From: an uncultured Candidatus Rokubacteria bacterium
Lineage (GTDB): Bacteria; Methylomirabilota; Methylomirabilia; Rokubacteriales; DASRDR01
Length of the DNA: 64,000 nucleotides
Direction: 5' to 3'
Assembly: GCA_963805625.1 (NCBI GenBank)
Contig: CAWDVE010000010.1
Span: 1,504,001 to 1,568,000 of the forward strand
A program made the translations under genes and the position numbers. The notes beneath the pieces are model-generated. The model did not search any database. It worked only from the letters and a program-made list of their open reading frames with translations, and had not been told where the DNA came from. Position 1 is the stretch's first letter; each line of letters opens with the position of its first letter. Below are positions 20,217 through 29,248 of the stretch, piece after piece.

Positions 20217-20867
20217 GTGACGAGCGAGCCGACGGTCAGTGACGCCGCCTTCTGGCAGGGCCTCTACGACCAGGGGAGCGACCGCTGGGAGCTGGGCCGG
20301 CCGAGCCCCTCGCTCGGCGCCGACCTCGCCCGCCGGCCCCTGCCCCCGGGAACCGTGGCCGTCCCCGGCTGCGGTCGCGGCCACGACGCCCGCCTCCTGG
20401 CGCGCCGCGGTCACCGCGTCTTCGCCTTCGACTTCGCTCCGGAGGCGCTTCGCCAGGCGCGCGAGTTCGCCGGGCGCGAGCGGGTGGAGGTGACCTTCGA
20501 GGATCGTGACGTATTCCGGCTCGCTGAGGCCTATCCCCGCTTCTTCGACGGCGTGTGGGAGTACACGTGCTTCTGCGCCATCGATCCCGGCCGGCGGCCG
20601 GAGTACGTCGAGGTGCTCGCAGCGATCCTCAAGCCGGGCGGATGGCTCCTGGCCTGCTTCTTTCCGATGGGCGAGCGCTCGGGGGGACCGCCGTTCGCCG
20701 TGAGCGAACCAGAGGTCCGAGAACTCCTGACCGCACACTTCGCGCTGGTCGAGGACTACGTCCCCTTCGCATCGCCCGAAGGCCGCCAGGGCCGCGAATG
20801 GATGGTGCTGGCGCGGCTGCGGGGCGGCGAGCCGAGCTGGCGCCCGGTCACCCCGTTCCGCAGGTAG
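20217..20867 (+). CDS. TPMT-family SAM-dependent methyltransferase (thiol/halide methyltransferase-like)
   Basis: FWQGLY..RWELG, VPGCGRGHDA, EYTCFCAIDP, GGPPFAV. Confidence 0.85.
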   Translation: MTSEPTVSDAAFWQGLYDQGSDRWELGRPSPSLGADLARRPLPPGTVAVPGCGRGHDARLLARRGHRVFAFDFAPEALRQAREFAGRERVEVTFEDRDVFRLAEAYPRFFDGVWEYTCFCAIDPGRRPEYVEVLAAILKPGGWLLACFFPMGERSGGPPFAVSEPEVRELLTAHFALVEDYVPFASPEGRQGREWMVLARLRGGEPSWRPVTPFRR

Positions 20868-21170
20868 CCGGCGAGTGCGTCGGCCTCCTGAGCGGGGTCG
20901 GCGCGGCGCTCACGCTCCTCGGGCTGGCCCAGACCCGGGGTTGGCTGCCCCGACGCCGCCGGCGATCTTCGGGCGTCTGAGCCGAACGCCGGCCTGTTCC
21001 TGCGGCGGTCCCCTCGTCGCGCGACCCCAATGCGAGGCGGCGTGCCACGCGTGGGGGTCCCTGGCGTCGAGGCTCTCGCCCGGGCTACCATGCCGGCGGC
21101 CGACCGGGTCGGTGGAGCCGCGCGCCGCCGCGAGGCGATCAAGGACCCGGCGCGGGCCGGGAGGACGTCC

Positions 21171-21458
21171 ATGGCTGCCTATGTCATCGTCGATCTCGAG
21201 GTCACCGATCCCGCGCGCTACGCCGAGTACCGGCAACGGGCGCCGGCGACCGTCGCCGCGTACGGGGGCCGCTTCCTCGTGCGGGGCGGCGAGCACCAGG
21301 TTGCGGAGGGCAACTGGCGCCCGCGACGCCTCGTGGTGCTCGAGTTCCCGAGCCTGGCCCAAGCCCGGCAATGGTACAACTCGGAGGAGTACCGCGAGCC
21401 CAAGGCGATACGCCTCGCGGCCTCGAACGCGAACCTCGTCTTCGTCGAGGGAGCCTGA
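21171..21458 (+). CDS. DUF1330 family protein
   Basis: MAAYVIVDLEVTDP..YGGRFLVRGG..LVVLEFPS..WYNSEEY; GGAGG RBS. Confidence 0.9.
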   Translation: MAAYVIVDLEVTDPARYAEYRQRAPATVAAYGGRFLVRGGEHQVAEGNWRPRRLVVLEFPSLAQARQWYNSEEYREPKAIRLAASNANLVFVEGA

Positions 21459-21460
21459 GG

Positions 21461-22195
21461 GTGGCTGCGAGCGCGAATGTCGCCCTGCGCCACGACGGCC
21501 CGATCGCGACCGTCACCCTCGACCGGCCCGAGCACCGGAACTCGCTGAGCGACGCCATGCTCGGCGAGCTGATCGAGGTGCTCGGAGCCCTCCGCGACGA
21601 CGCGCGGTCGCGCGTGGTGATCGTCACCGGGGCGCCGCCGGTCTTCTCGGCCGGCGCGCACTTTCCGGCCCGGCGCGGGATGTCGCCCGAGGAGCGCCGG
21701 CAGGTCTTCCTCTCGACGCCGAACCAGTTCCGGCGGCTCTTTGAGCGTGTCACGGTGCTCCTCGAGAACCTCGAACAAACGACGATCGCGATGATCAACG
21801 GACACGCGATCGGGGGCGGCTTCGGGCTGACGCTCGCGTGCGACTTCCGGTGGGCGGCGGCGGAGGCGACGCTCGGGATTCCCGAGGTCGATCTCGGGGT
21901 TCCGCTGGGGGTGGCCTCGACCACGCGGTTCGTCCGCCTGGTGGGCCCGGCCCGCGCCAAGGAGATCATCATGGAGGGCCGGCGGTACACAGCGGCCGAG
22001 GCGCACGCGATGGGCCTCGTCCATCGCGTGGTGCCGGGGGACCAGCTGGCCGCCGCGGTGCGCGCGTACGCCGAGATCCTCGCGGCCAAGCCCTTCGGCC
22101 CGCTCGCCCAGGTCAAGGCCCGGATCAACGCCATCGCCCGCACGGGCATCCCCGAGGTCAACGCGATGACCGAGGGCTTCCTCCCCCGCGAGTGA
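21461..22195 (+). CDS. enoyl-CoA hydratase/isomerase family protein
   Basis: TVTLDRPEHRNSL, FSAGA, IAMINGHAIGGGFGLTLACDFR, PEVDLG. Confidence 0.9.
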   Translation: MAASANVALRHDGPIATVTLDRPEHRNSLSDAMLGELIEVLGALRDDARSRVVIVTGAPPVFSAGAHFPARRGMSPEERRQVFLSTPNQFRRLFERVTVLLENLEQTTIAMINGHAIGGGFGLTLACDFRWAAAEATLGIPEVDLGVPLGVASTTRFVRLVGPARAKEIIMEGRRYTAAEAHAMGLVHRVVPGDQLAAAVRAYAEILAAKPFGPLAQVKARINAIARTGIPEVNAMTEGFLPRE

Positions 22196-22199
22196 GGGC

Positions 22200-23450
22200 G
22201 TGACCCCGCCGTCCGGCGATCAGGGCTCTCCCGGCATGCTCGCGGGGATCCGCGTCCTCGACCTCTCGCGTGTCGTCGCGGGCCCGTACTGCGCGATGCT
22301 GCTCGCCGATCTCGGCGCGGACGTGATCAAGGTCGAGCGCCCGGAGCGGGGCGACGACCTGCGCGAGTGGCGCGCGCGCACGGGGCGCGGCGGCATGAGC
22401 GCCGTGTTCGCCGCGATCAACCGGAACAAGCGCGGGATCGCCCTCGACTTCCAGAAGCCGGAGGGCGCGCGGATCCTCCGGGAGCTGGCCGCCCGCTCCG
22501 ACGTGCTCGTCGAGAACTTCGTGCCGGGCGTGGCCGACCGGCTCGGAGTGGGCTACGAGGCCGTGAGCGCCGTGAATCCCGGGATCGTCTACGTCTCCGT
22601 GAGCGGGTTCGGGCAGACCGGCCCCTACGCCCAGCGTCCCGGCTACAACACGATCGCCCAGGGCATGGGCGGCCTCATGGGCGTCACCGGCATGCCGGGC
22701 GACCCGCCGACGCGGGCCGGCGGGTCGATCGCCGACGTGGCGGCGGCCTACCTGTCCTTCGGTGCCACCAACGCGGCCCTGGTCCACCGGCTCCGGACCG
22801 GGCGAGGCCAGCATCTCGACGTGAACCTGCTCGCCGCGACCCTCGGTCTCCTCCCCGATCCCGTGGCCCATCTCTTCGACTCCGGCAAGCGCCCGGCGCG
22901 CGTGGGAAACCGGAACCCGACGCTCACGCCCGCCGAGGCCTTCCGGACGAAGGACGGCTGGCTCAACGTCGTCCTGATGAACCCCGCCCAGTGGGACCGC
23001 TTCTGCCGGGTGCTCGGCGACGAGGTGCTGCGGACCGAGCCACACTTCGCCACGAACCTCGGGCGCCTCGAGAACCACGAGGAGATGAAAGCGCGCGTCG
23101 AGACGGCGCTCGCCACCGCGACGACGGCGGAATGGGTCACGCGCTTCGAGGCGGCGTCGATCGCGGGCGGGCCGATCTACGAGCTGGACGAAGTCTTCGA
23201 CGACCCGCAGATCCGCCACCTCGGGCTCCTGGCCGAGGTGGAGCAGCCGACGTACGAGGCTCACGGAGGGCGCGTGCGGATGCTGGGCTTCCCCTTCGGC
23301 GCGTCCGCGACTCCGGCGTCCATCCGGCGGCCTGCCCCGCTTCTCGGCGAGCACACTGCGGAGGTCCTCACCGAGCTCCTCGGGCTCTCCCCGGCCGAGG
23401 TCGCGGGGCTGGCCGAGGCCGGCGCGATCGCCCTCGCCCCCCGCTCCTGA
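22200..23450 (+). CDS. family III (CaiB/BaiF) CoA transferase
   Basis: GIRVLDLSRVVAGPYC..LGADVIKVE, NRNKR, ENFVPG, SGFGQTGPY, PAPLLGEHT. Confidence 0.92.
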   Translation: MTPPSGDQGSPGMLAGIRVLDLSRVVAGPYCAMLLADLGADVIKVERPERGDDLREWRARTGRGGMSAVFAAINRNKRGIALDFQKPEGARILRELAARSDVLVENFVPGVADRLGVGYEAVSAVNPGIVYVSVSGFGQTGPYAQRPGYNTIAQGMGGLMGVTGMPGDPPTRAGGSIADVAAAYLSFGATNAALVHRLRTGRGQHLDVNLLAATLGLLPDPVAHLFDSGKRPARVGNRNPTLTPAEAFRTKDGWLNVVLMNPAQWDRFCRVLGDEVLRTEPHFATNLGRLENHEEMKARVETALATATTAEWVTRFEAASIAGGPIYELDEVFDDPQIRHLGLLAEVEQPTYEAHGGRVRMLGFPFGASATPASIRRPAPLLGEHTAEVLTELLGLSPAEVAGLAEAGAIALAPRS

Positions 23451-23462
23451 GCCGGCGGACCG

Positions 23463-24254
23463 TCAGCTCTTCGGCCGGTTCGCGACGAAGAGGTAGCGCG
23501 TCAGGCTGAAGAAGTACTCGCCGCCGCCGGCGCGCGCGAGGAGATCCGCTTTCCAGGCCTCCGCCTCCTCACGCGGCACCCCGTGGCGAACGGCCAGGTC
23601 GGCGGTCGGCCCGATGAGACCGCCGCTGAACGTCCCAGGACTCCCGCTGAGCTCGAGCACGGGGATCGCCTCGGCGTGTGCGAGCTCGAGACCCGCCCGG
23701 CCGAGGAACCCCGGCAGCCGCGGCGGAAGGTGCGCCTGCACGAAGTATCCACCGCGCGCCTCCATGACCCGGCGATGCCGATCGCGGTCGGCCGTGAGCC
23801 ACACGCAGGAGTCCCAGTCGGTGTCGACGACCGCCAGGCGGCCACCGGGGCGGAGGACGCGCGCGGCTTCCGCCAGCGCGCCCTCGACGTCGGGGACGTA
23901 GAGGTAGACCTGGACCGCGGTGACGAAATCGAAGGCGCCGGCCGGGAACGCGAGCCGGACGGCGTCGCCCTCCTGGACCTCCACGCGGTCCGCCAGGCCC
24001 TCCCGCGCGATGCGGGCGCGCGCCGCCTCCAACATCTCGGGACTCTCGTCGAGGCCGACGATGCGCCCGCCCGGTCCGACCTCGCGGCCGAGCTCGCAGG
24101 CGAGAAAGGCCGGCCCGCACCCCACGTCGAGACCGCGCTCGCCGGGGCGTGCGCCGAGCGCGGCGCGCGTGCGCGCCCGCTGGGCCGCGATCGCGGGCGA
24201 CGCGTAGACGGTCTCGAGCCGCGCCGCCTCGCGCGCGCCGAACTTCGCGGCCAT
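23463..24254 (-). CDS. class I SAM-dependent methyltransferase (UbiE/ArsM-like)
   Basis: LDVGCGP, GLDESPEML, GDA, RVLRPGGRL, DTDWDS. Confidence 0.85.
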   Translation of the reverse strand: MAAKFGAREAARLETVYASPAIAAQRARTRAALGARPGERGLDVGCGPAFLACELGREVGPGGRIVGLDESPEMLEAARARIAREGLADRVEVQEGDAVRLAFPAGAFDFVTAVQVYLYVPDVEGALAEAARVLRPGGRLAVVDTDWDSCVWLTADRDRHRRVMEARGGYFVQAHLPPRLPGFLGRAGLELAHAEAIPVLELSGSPGTFSGGLIGPTADLAVRHGVPREEAEAWKADLLARAGGGEYFFSLTRYLFVANRPKS

Positions 24255-24504
24255 CTTCCACCTCCAGGAAAGACGCCGGTGGATCGCCGGCTCCGTGGCA
24301 GCCTAGGGCGGAACCCGAGAGTCGGCCGGTCAGGCGGCCGCGCCGTCCGCGGGCCTCATCGTACATCGGCCAGGGGCCCGCGTGGGATTGCGCGCCCGCA
24401 TCCGGCGACCGGTCGGACGACTGGCCGCCGGGTTGTTCCACGCGGGGAAGTTGGCTACCATGGCGCCGCGCGGTGGTCTGGCTCCGGACAGAGGAGGGCC
24501 CTGG

Positions 24505-25107
24505 GTGGCGGTCGCGATCGAGGAAGGTCTCCCGCCGAAGGCGCTCTGGCCGGAGCGCATCTACACCCTCCCCGAGACGCGCTATCCCGTTCGACTCAAC
24601 GTCGCCACGGCGCTTCTCGACGCCAACGCCGACGCCATCAAGGGCCCGACGGGCTGCAAGTACTGGCGGAAGCCCGAGCGCCAGGCCGAGTACGTGCGGT
24701 TCGGGGGCTGGAACGTGACCGGCGACGTCTACGTCCACGATGATGACGGCTACTTCTCGTACCAGTGCCGGTCCGACGACATGATCGTGACGGGCGGCTA
24801 CAAGATCCCGGCACCCGAGGTCGAGCACGTGCTGGACGAGCACCCGGCCGTCGCCGAGTCCGCGGTGGTGGCGGCCCCGGACGCGACGCGCGGCTTCGTG
24901 CCGAAGGCGTTCGTGGTCCTGCGTCCGGGGTTCACGGCCACCGACGAGCTGGCGAAGGAGCTGCAGGACCACGTGAAGAAGGTGCTCGCTCCCTACAAGT
25001 ACCCCCGTCAGGTCGCGTTCGTCCCCGCGCTGCCGCACACGGAGACGGGCAAGATCCGCCGGGTTGAGCTCCGGCAGCAGGAGGCAGGGCGGGCCGCACC
25101 GCCCTGA
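24505..25107 (+). pseudogene. aryl-CoA ligase (2-aminobenzoate/benzoate-CoA ligase-like) with an in-frame internal deletion
   Basis: LPPKALWPE..YPVRLNVATALLDANAD joined to AIKGPTGCKYW..GWNVTGD..RSDDMI..APYKYPR..TGKIRR; only 200 aa and no TSGTTG P-loop. Confidence 0.8.
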
Positions 25108-25195
25108 CCCGCCGTTCCCCGAGCGCGGGCCCGGCCCCGCGGCTCACCAGGCAGGCTCTCCAGGCAGCGGGCCCCCGGCCCGGGAAGGAGGCGTG

Positions 25196-25477
25196 ATGGA
25201 CGGCAAGAAGGTGACGATCGTCGGCATCGTGGCGATCCTCATCGGGCTCCTCGTCGGGTACCTCATGTGGGGCGCCCAGACGAAGTCGCTCCAGGGCGAG
25301 CTCGATAAGCTCAAGACGCAGCTCACCGACGCGCAGAAGGCCGGGACGCATGAACAGGAGCTGTCCGCCAAGCTCGCGCAGATGGAGGCTCAGCTAAAGC
25401 AGATGAGCGACGACCTCGCTGCCGAGAAGGCGAAGCGGGAGAAGATGCAGGCGCAGGTCTCCAAGGGCAAGAAGTGA
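25196..25477 (+). CDS. small single-pass membrane coiled-coil protein (paralogue 1)
   Basis: AAGGAGG RBS; TM helix ending GYLMWG, heptad-rich helix, KGKK tail. Confidence 0.8.
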   Translation: MDGKKVTIVGIVAILIGLLVGYLMWGAQTKSLQGELDKLKTQLTDAQKAGTHEQELSAKLAQMEAQLKQMSDDLAAEKAKREKMQAQVSKGKK

Positions 25478-25511
25478 GGCGAGAACGCGCGGGGCACGAA
25501 CGGGAGGTGCC

Positions 25512-25787
25512 ATGCAAGCCGTCGTGATCGGGATCATCGCCGCCATCATCGGGCTGGGCATCGGGTACGTCACCTGGGGATCGCAGTCGGCGCAGGCCGC
25601 GAAGGACGTGGCGGCGGCGAAGGCGCAGCTCGAGGGGGCTCGGAAGACCGCCGAGCGGGAAGGCCAGCTGGCGACCAAGATCCAGGCAGCCGAGGCCAAG
25701 CTCAAGGAGACCCAGGAAGCTCTCAAGACCGAGACGGACCAGGCCACGAAGCTCGAGGCGATGCTGGCGAAGCGCAAGAAGAAGTAG
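25512..25787 (+). CDS. small single-pass membrane coiled-coil protein (paralogue 2)
   Basis: GGAGG RBS; TM helix ending GYVTWG, heptad-rich helix, KRKKK tail. Confidence 0.8.
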   Translation: MQAVVIGIIAAIIGLGIGYVTWGSQSAQAAKDVAAAKAQLEGARKTAEREGQLATKIQAAEAKLKETQEALKTETDQATKLEAMLAKRKKK

Positions 25788-25858
25788 CCGGGCGGGCCCC
25801 CAGGCGCCCTGAATCACTGGCACCGGGGCGCTCGGGGCTCGCGCGGTCGACCGCTCCA

Positions 25859-25886
25859 CCGACAGCGGAGCTCGGCCCGCTGTCGG
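25859..25886 (+). terminator. GC-rich hairpin downstream of the coiled-coil pair
   Basis: CCGACAGCGG / CCGCTGTCGG 10-bp stem; no clear U-tract. Confidence 0.35.
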
Positions 25887-26108
25887 GCGGGCCTTCCTCT
25901 GCGGGCGGGGGCTCGTCCGTCCCGCGGCCGTGGGTCCGAACCGTTCATCTCCGCTCCGAACCTGACTTCGCGGAGACACCGGGGTTCCCGGCCATGGGCC
26001 GTTCGGTGTAGGCTCTGGGGACCGCTCGCATCGTGACTGGGTCGGGCGCCTGCCCGCGCCGTGGTGCTTCGCCGGACCGCAAGCTCGGGACTGTGAGGAG
26101 GAGAACGC

Positions 26109-27332
26109 ATGGACCAGCAGACTCGTCGGACGTTCCTCAAAGCCGCCGTCATCGGGGGCGGTGCCGCTGCCGGGATGGCCACGGGACCGTGGGTCCGCCG
26201 GGCCGGCGCTCAGGGCGGGCCGGTCAAGATCGGCGTCGTCCTGCCCTACTCGGGCGTCTACGCGGAGCTCGGGAACAGCATCACCCAGGCGATGGAGCTC
26301 GTCTTCGCGCGGGAGAACTGGACGGTCGCCGGCCGCAAGATCGAGATGATCCGCGAAGACGACGAGATGGCGGTGCCGGTCGGCGTGCGGAAGACCGAGA
26401 AGCTCATCGACTCCGACAAGGTGGATATCCTGACGGGTCCGGTCCACAGCGGCATCCTCATGGCCATGCGCGACAAGGTCCACAACTCGAAGACGATCCT
26501 GCTCGTGTCGAACGCGGGCGCCGATGCCATCAGCCGCACCCGCTGCTCGAAGTGGATCTTCCGGACCTCGTTCTCCAACTGGCAGCCCTGCCAGCCCATG
26601 GGCGGCTGGGTCGCGGAGAAGGTATCGAAGGAGGTTTTCCAGATCGCGCCCAACTACCAGGCCGGGAAAGACATGATGGAGGCATTCCGGGAGACCTATC
26701 ACCCGGCCGGCGGAAAGATCGTCGGCGAGGACTACCCGAAGCTCGGCGAGACCGACTACGCGCCGTACCTGACCAAGATCAAGCAGTCCGGCGCCAAGGC
26801 GGTGTTCGCGTTCTTCTCCGGGACGGACGCCGTAAACTTCGTCAAGCAATACGACGAGTTCGGGCTCAAGACGGGCATCAAGCTCACCGGTCCGGGCTTC
26901 CTGACCGAGCCCGACGTGCTGCCCGCCCAGGGCAAGGCGGCGCTCGGCACCCTCACCGGCCACTTCTACACGCCGCAGCTCGACAACCCGGTGAACCAGC
27001 GGTTCGTCAAGGAATTCCGGGACAAGTTCAAGGGCAAGACTCCGGACGGCTTCGCCTGCCAGGGGTACGACACCGCCGAGGTGATCGTGCGCGCTCTCAA
27101 GGCCGTGAACGGCAATACCCAGGACAAGGACAAGCTCGTCGGGGCGATCGCCGAGACGGAGTTCGACAGCCCGCGCGGGCGGTTCCGCTTCGACCCCAAG
27201 ACGCACAACGTGATCCAGCCCTTCATCTACATCCGCGAGGTCCGGGAGGTCGCCGGCAGCCTTGCGAATGTGCCGATCGACAGGGTCGCCGGCGTGCGTG
27301 ACCCCGGCACTGGCTGCACGCTCCCGGCCTGA
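26109..27332 (+). CDS. Tat-exported Liv-type ABC substrate-binding protein (aromatic-acid type likely)
   Basis: TRRTFLK twin-Arg signal, VKIGVVLPYSG, IFRTSFSNWQ, FDSPRG; GAGGAGGAG RBS. Confidence 0.92.
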   Translation: MDQQTRRTFLKAAVIGGGAAAGMATGPWVRRAGAQGGPVKIGVVLPYSGVYAELGNSITQAMELVFARENWTVAGRKIEMIREDDEMAVPVGVRKTEKLIDSDKVDILTGPVHSGILMAMRDKVHNSKTILLVSNAGADAISRTRCSKWIFRTSFSNWQPCQPMGGWVAEKVSKEVFQIAPNYQAGKDMMEAFRETYHPAGGKIVGEDYPKLGETDYAPYLTKIKQSGAKAVFAFFSGTDAVNFVKQYDEFGLKTGIKLTGPGFLTEPDVLPAQGKAALGTLTGHFYTPQLDNPVNQRFVKEFRDKFKGKTPDGFACQGYDTAEVIVRALKAVNGNTQDKDKLVGAIAETEFDSPRGRFRFDPKTHNVIQPFIYIREVREVAGSLANVPIDRVAGVRDPGTGCTLPA

Positions 27333-27341
27333 CGAGGCCTC

Positions 27342-27372
27342 CGAAGGCCGGGGCCTCGCGCCCCGGCCTTCG
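27342..27372 (+). terminator. intra-operon hairpin after the binding-protein gene (mRNA stabiliser or attenuator)
   Basis: 13-bp perfect stem CGAAGGCCGGGGC / GCCCCGGCCTTCG with a 5-nt loop. Confidence 0.6.
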
Positions 27373-27380
27373 CCAATCCC

Positions 27381-28253
27381 GTGCCCTTCCTCTCAGACGT
27401 CCTCGGGCAGGCCCTGAACGGCCTGGCCTACGGTGCTCTGCTGTTTCTCCTCTCGGTCGGTCTGACGCTCATCTTCGGAATGCTCGATGTCGTCAACCTC
27501 GCGCACGGCTCGTTCTACATGCTGGGTGCGTATGCGGGCCTAACCACCCTCACGCTGACCGGTAACTTCTGGCTCGCCGCCATCACGGCACCTCTCGCCG
27601 TGGGCCTCGTCGGCGCCCTCGTCGAGCGCGGCCTCCTCCGGCCGCTCTACCGGCGATCCCCGCTCGACCAGGTGCTCTTGACCTTCGGTCTCATCTATCT
27701 CTTCGAGGATCTGGTCAAGTGGGGCTGGGGGGGCCGCATTCGCTCGATCCCGCCCCCCGAGCTCTTCTCCGGCCGCGTGACGCTCGGCGGTCTCACCTTC
27801 CCCGCGTACCGGCTCTTCGTCATCGCCTTCGGCCTGCTCGTCGCGGTCCTGCTCTGGCTCGTCATCGAGAGGACGCGCCTCGGAGCCGTGATCCGCGCCG
27901 GCGTGTACGACGCCGAGATGGCCGCGGGTCTCGGGATCGACATCGGGCGCGTGTTCACGCTGGTCTTCGCCTTCGGCGCGGCGCTCGGCGGGCTCTCCGG
28001 CGTCATCGCCGGGCCGATCCAGTCCGCGTATCCGTCCATGGGCGTGAGCGTCCTCATCCCCGCCTTGATCGTGGTCGTCGTCGGCGGCCTGGGCTCGCTC
28101 AAGGGCTCGCTCGTGGGGAGCCTGATCATCGGGCAGGCCGAGACCTTCGGGAAGGTCTGGCTGCCCGGCGTCTCGATGCTGATGATCTACGTCGTGATGG
28201 CGCTCATCGTGCTGCTCCGGCCCCAGGGCCTGTTCGGCCGGCCCCTCCGGTGA
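27381..28253 (+). CDS. livH: Liv-type ABC permease
   Basis: LSVGLTLIFGMLDVVNLAHG, TRLGAVIRA, VGGLGS, RPQGLFG. Confidence 0.92.
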   Translation: MPFLSDVLGQALNGLAYGALLFLLSVGLTLIFGMLDVVNLAHGSFYMLGAYAGLTTLTLTGNFWLAAITAPLAVGLVGALVERGLLRPLYRRSPLDQVLLTFGLIYLFEDLVKWGWGGRIRSIPPPELFSGRVTLGGLTFPAYRLFVIAFGLLVAVLLWLVIERTRLGAVIRAGVYDAEMAAGLGIDIGRVFTLVFAFGAALGGLSGVIAGPIQSAYPSMGVSVLIPALIVVVVGGLGSLKGSLVGSLIIGQAETFGKVWLPGVSMLMIYVVMALIVLLRPQGLFGRPLR

Positions 28254-29248
28254 CACCCGCCGCGCCGCCCCGCCTGTCGGCCGAGACCTCCGCCTCGGGA
28301 GATTCGCGGGCCCCGAGACGGGCGCGGGCCCTGCGCGTCTGGGGCTTCGCCGTCCTCCTGCTCGCCGTCCTCGCGTTCCCGGCCGCATTCGGCCGGTACC
28401 CGGTGAAGCTGCTCCAGGAGATCCTGATCTGGGGGCTCTACGCGATGAGCCTCGACATCCTGATGGGCTACGCGGGGATGGTGTCCTTCGGACACTCCGC
28501 CTTCTTCGGCGTCGGCGGCTACGTGGCCGCCCTGGCCCTCACGGCATATCCCGGCCCGGTCGGCGCGCTCCTGCTGCCGGCGCTGGCCGGCGCCGTCGCC
28601 GCGCTCGTCATCGGCTTCTTCTCGACCCGGGTCAGCGGCGTGTACTTCATCATGCTCACGCTCGCGTTCTCCCAGATGCTCTACGCCTACGCGTTCCAGG
28701 CGTCGTGGCTCGGCGCCGAGGACGGGATCACGGGCGTCTCCCGGCCGGCGCTCCTCGGCGTGTCGACCGGGGAGGGCTTCGCGTTCCACGTCTACGTGGT
28801 AGCGATCGCCGCCGGCGCCATGCTCTTCCTCTGGCGCGTGGTGCGCTCGCCGTTCGGCCACGTGCTGATCGGCGTCCGCGAGAACGAGGGGCGGATGGAG
28901 GCGGTCGGCTACCCGGTCCGCCGCTACAAGCTCCTCGCCTTCGTCCTGGGCGGCACCCTGGCGGGCCTGTCGGGCTCGCTCTACGCCCAGTTCAGCGGGT
29001 CGATCACGCCCGACGCCTTGTTCTGGAAGACGTCCGGCGAGGCCTTGCTGATGGTGATCCTAGGGGGCACCGGCACGCTCGGGGGGGCGGTGCTCGGCGC
29101 CGCCGCGTTCATCCTCCTCCAGAGCCTCGTCTCGACCTACACGGAGCGCTGGATGCTCATCCTCGGCGTCACCTTCGTCCTCTTCGTCCTCTTCGCGCCG
29201 GGCGGGATCGTCGGCGCGCTCCGCGGCCGCATCGGGCTCCGCGCGTGA
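28250..29248 (+). CDS. livM: Liv-type ABC permease
   Basis: GTGA overlap with livH; GYAGMVSFGHSAFFG, SPFGHVLIGVRENE, LGGTG. Confidence 0.9.
   Translation: MTPAAPPRLSAETSASGDSRAPRRARALRVWGFAVLLLAVLAFPAAFGRYPVKLLQEILIWGLYAMSLDILMGYAGMVSFGHSAFFGVGGYVAALALTAYPGPVGALLLPALAGAVAALVIGFFSTRVSGVYFIMLTLAFSQMLYAYAFQASWLGAEDGITGVSRPALLGVSTGEGFAFHVYVVAIAAGAMLFLWRVVRSPFGHVLIGVRENEGRMEAVGYPVRRYKLLAFVLGGTLAGLSGSLYAQFSGSITPDALFWKTSGEALLMVILGGTGTLGGAVLGAAAFILLQSLVSTYTERWMLILGVTFVLFVLFAPGGIVGALRGRIGLRA

Noticed and set aside
20868-20980. Possible membrane-protein tail (GLLSGVGAALTLLGLAQTRGWL) as another gene relic
   Set aside because: Too short to assign to any family by eye.
25890-26108. Riboswitch (ZTP-like, because of CGTGACTGG) upstream of the binding-protein gene
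   Set aside because: The remaining consensus elements are not recognisable; an Infernal scan would be needed.
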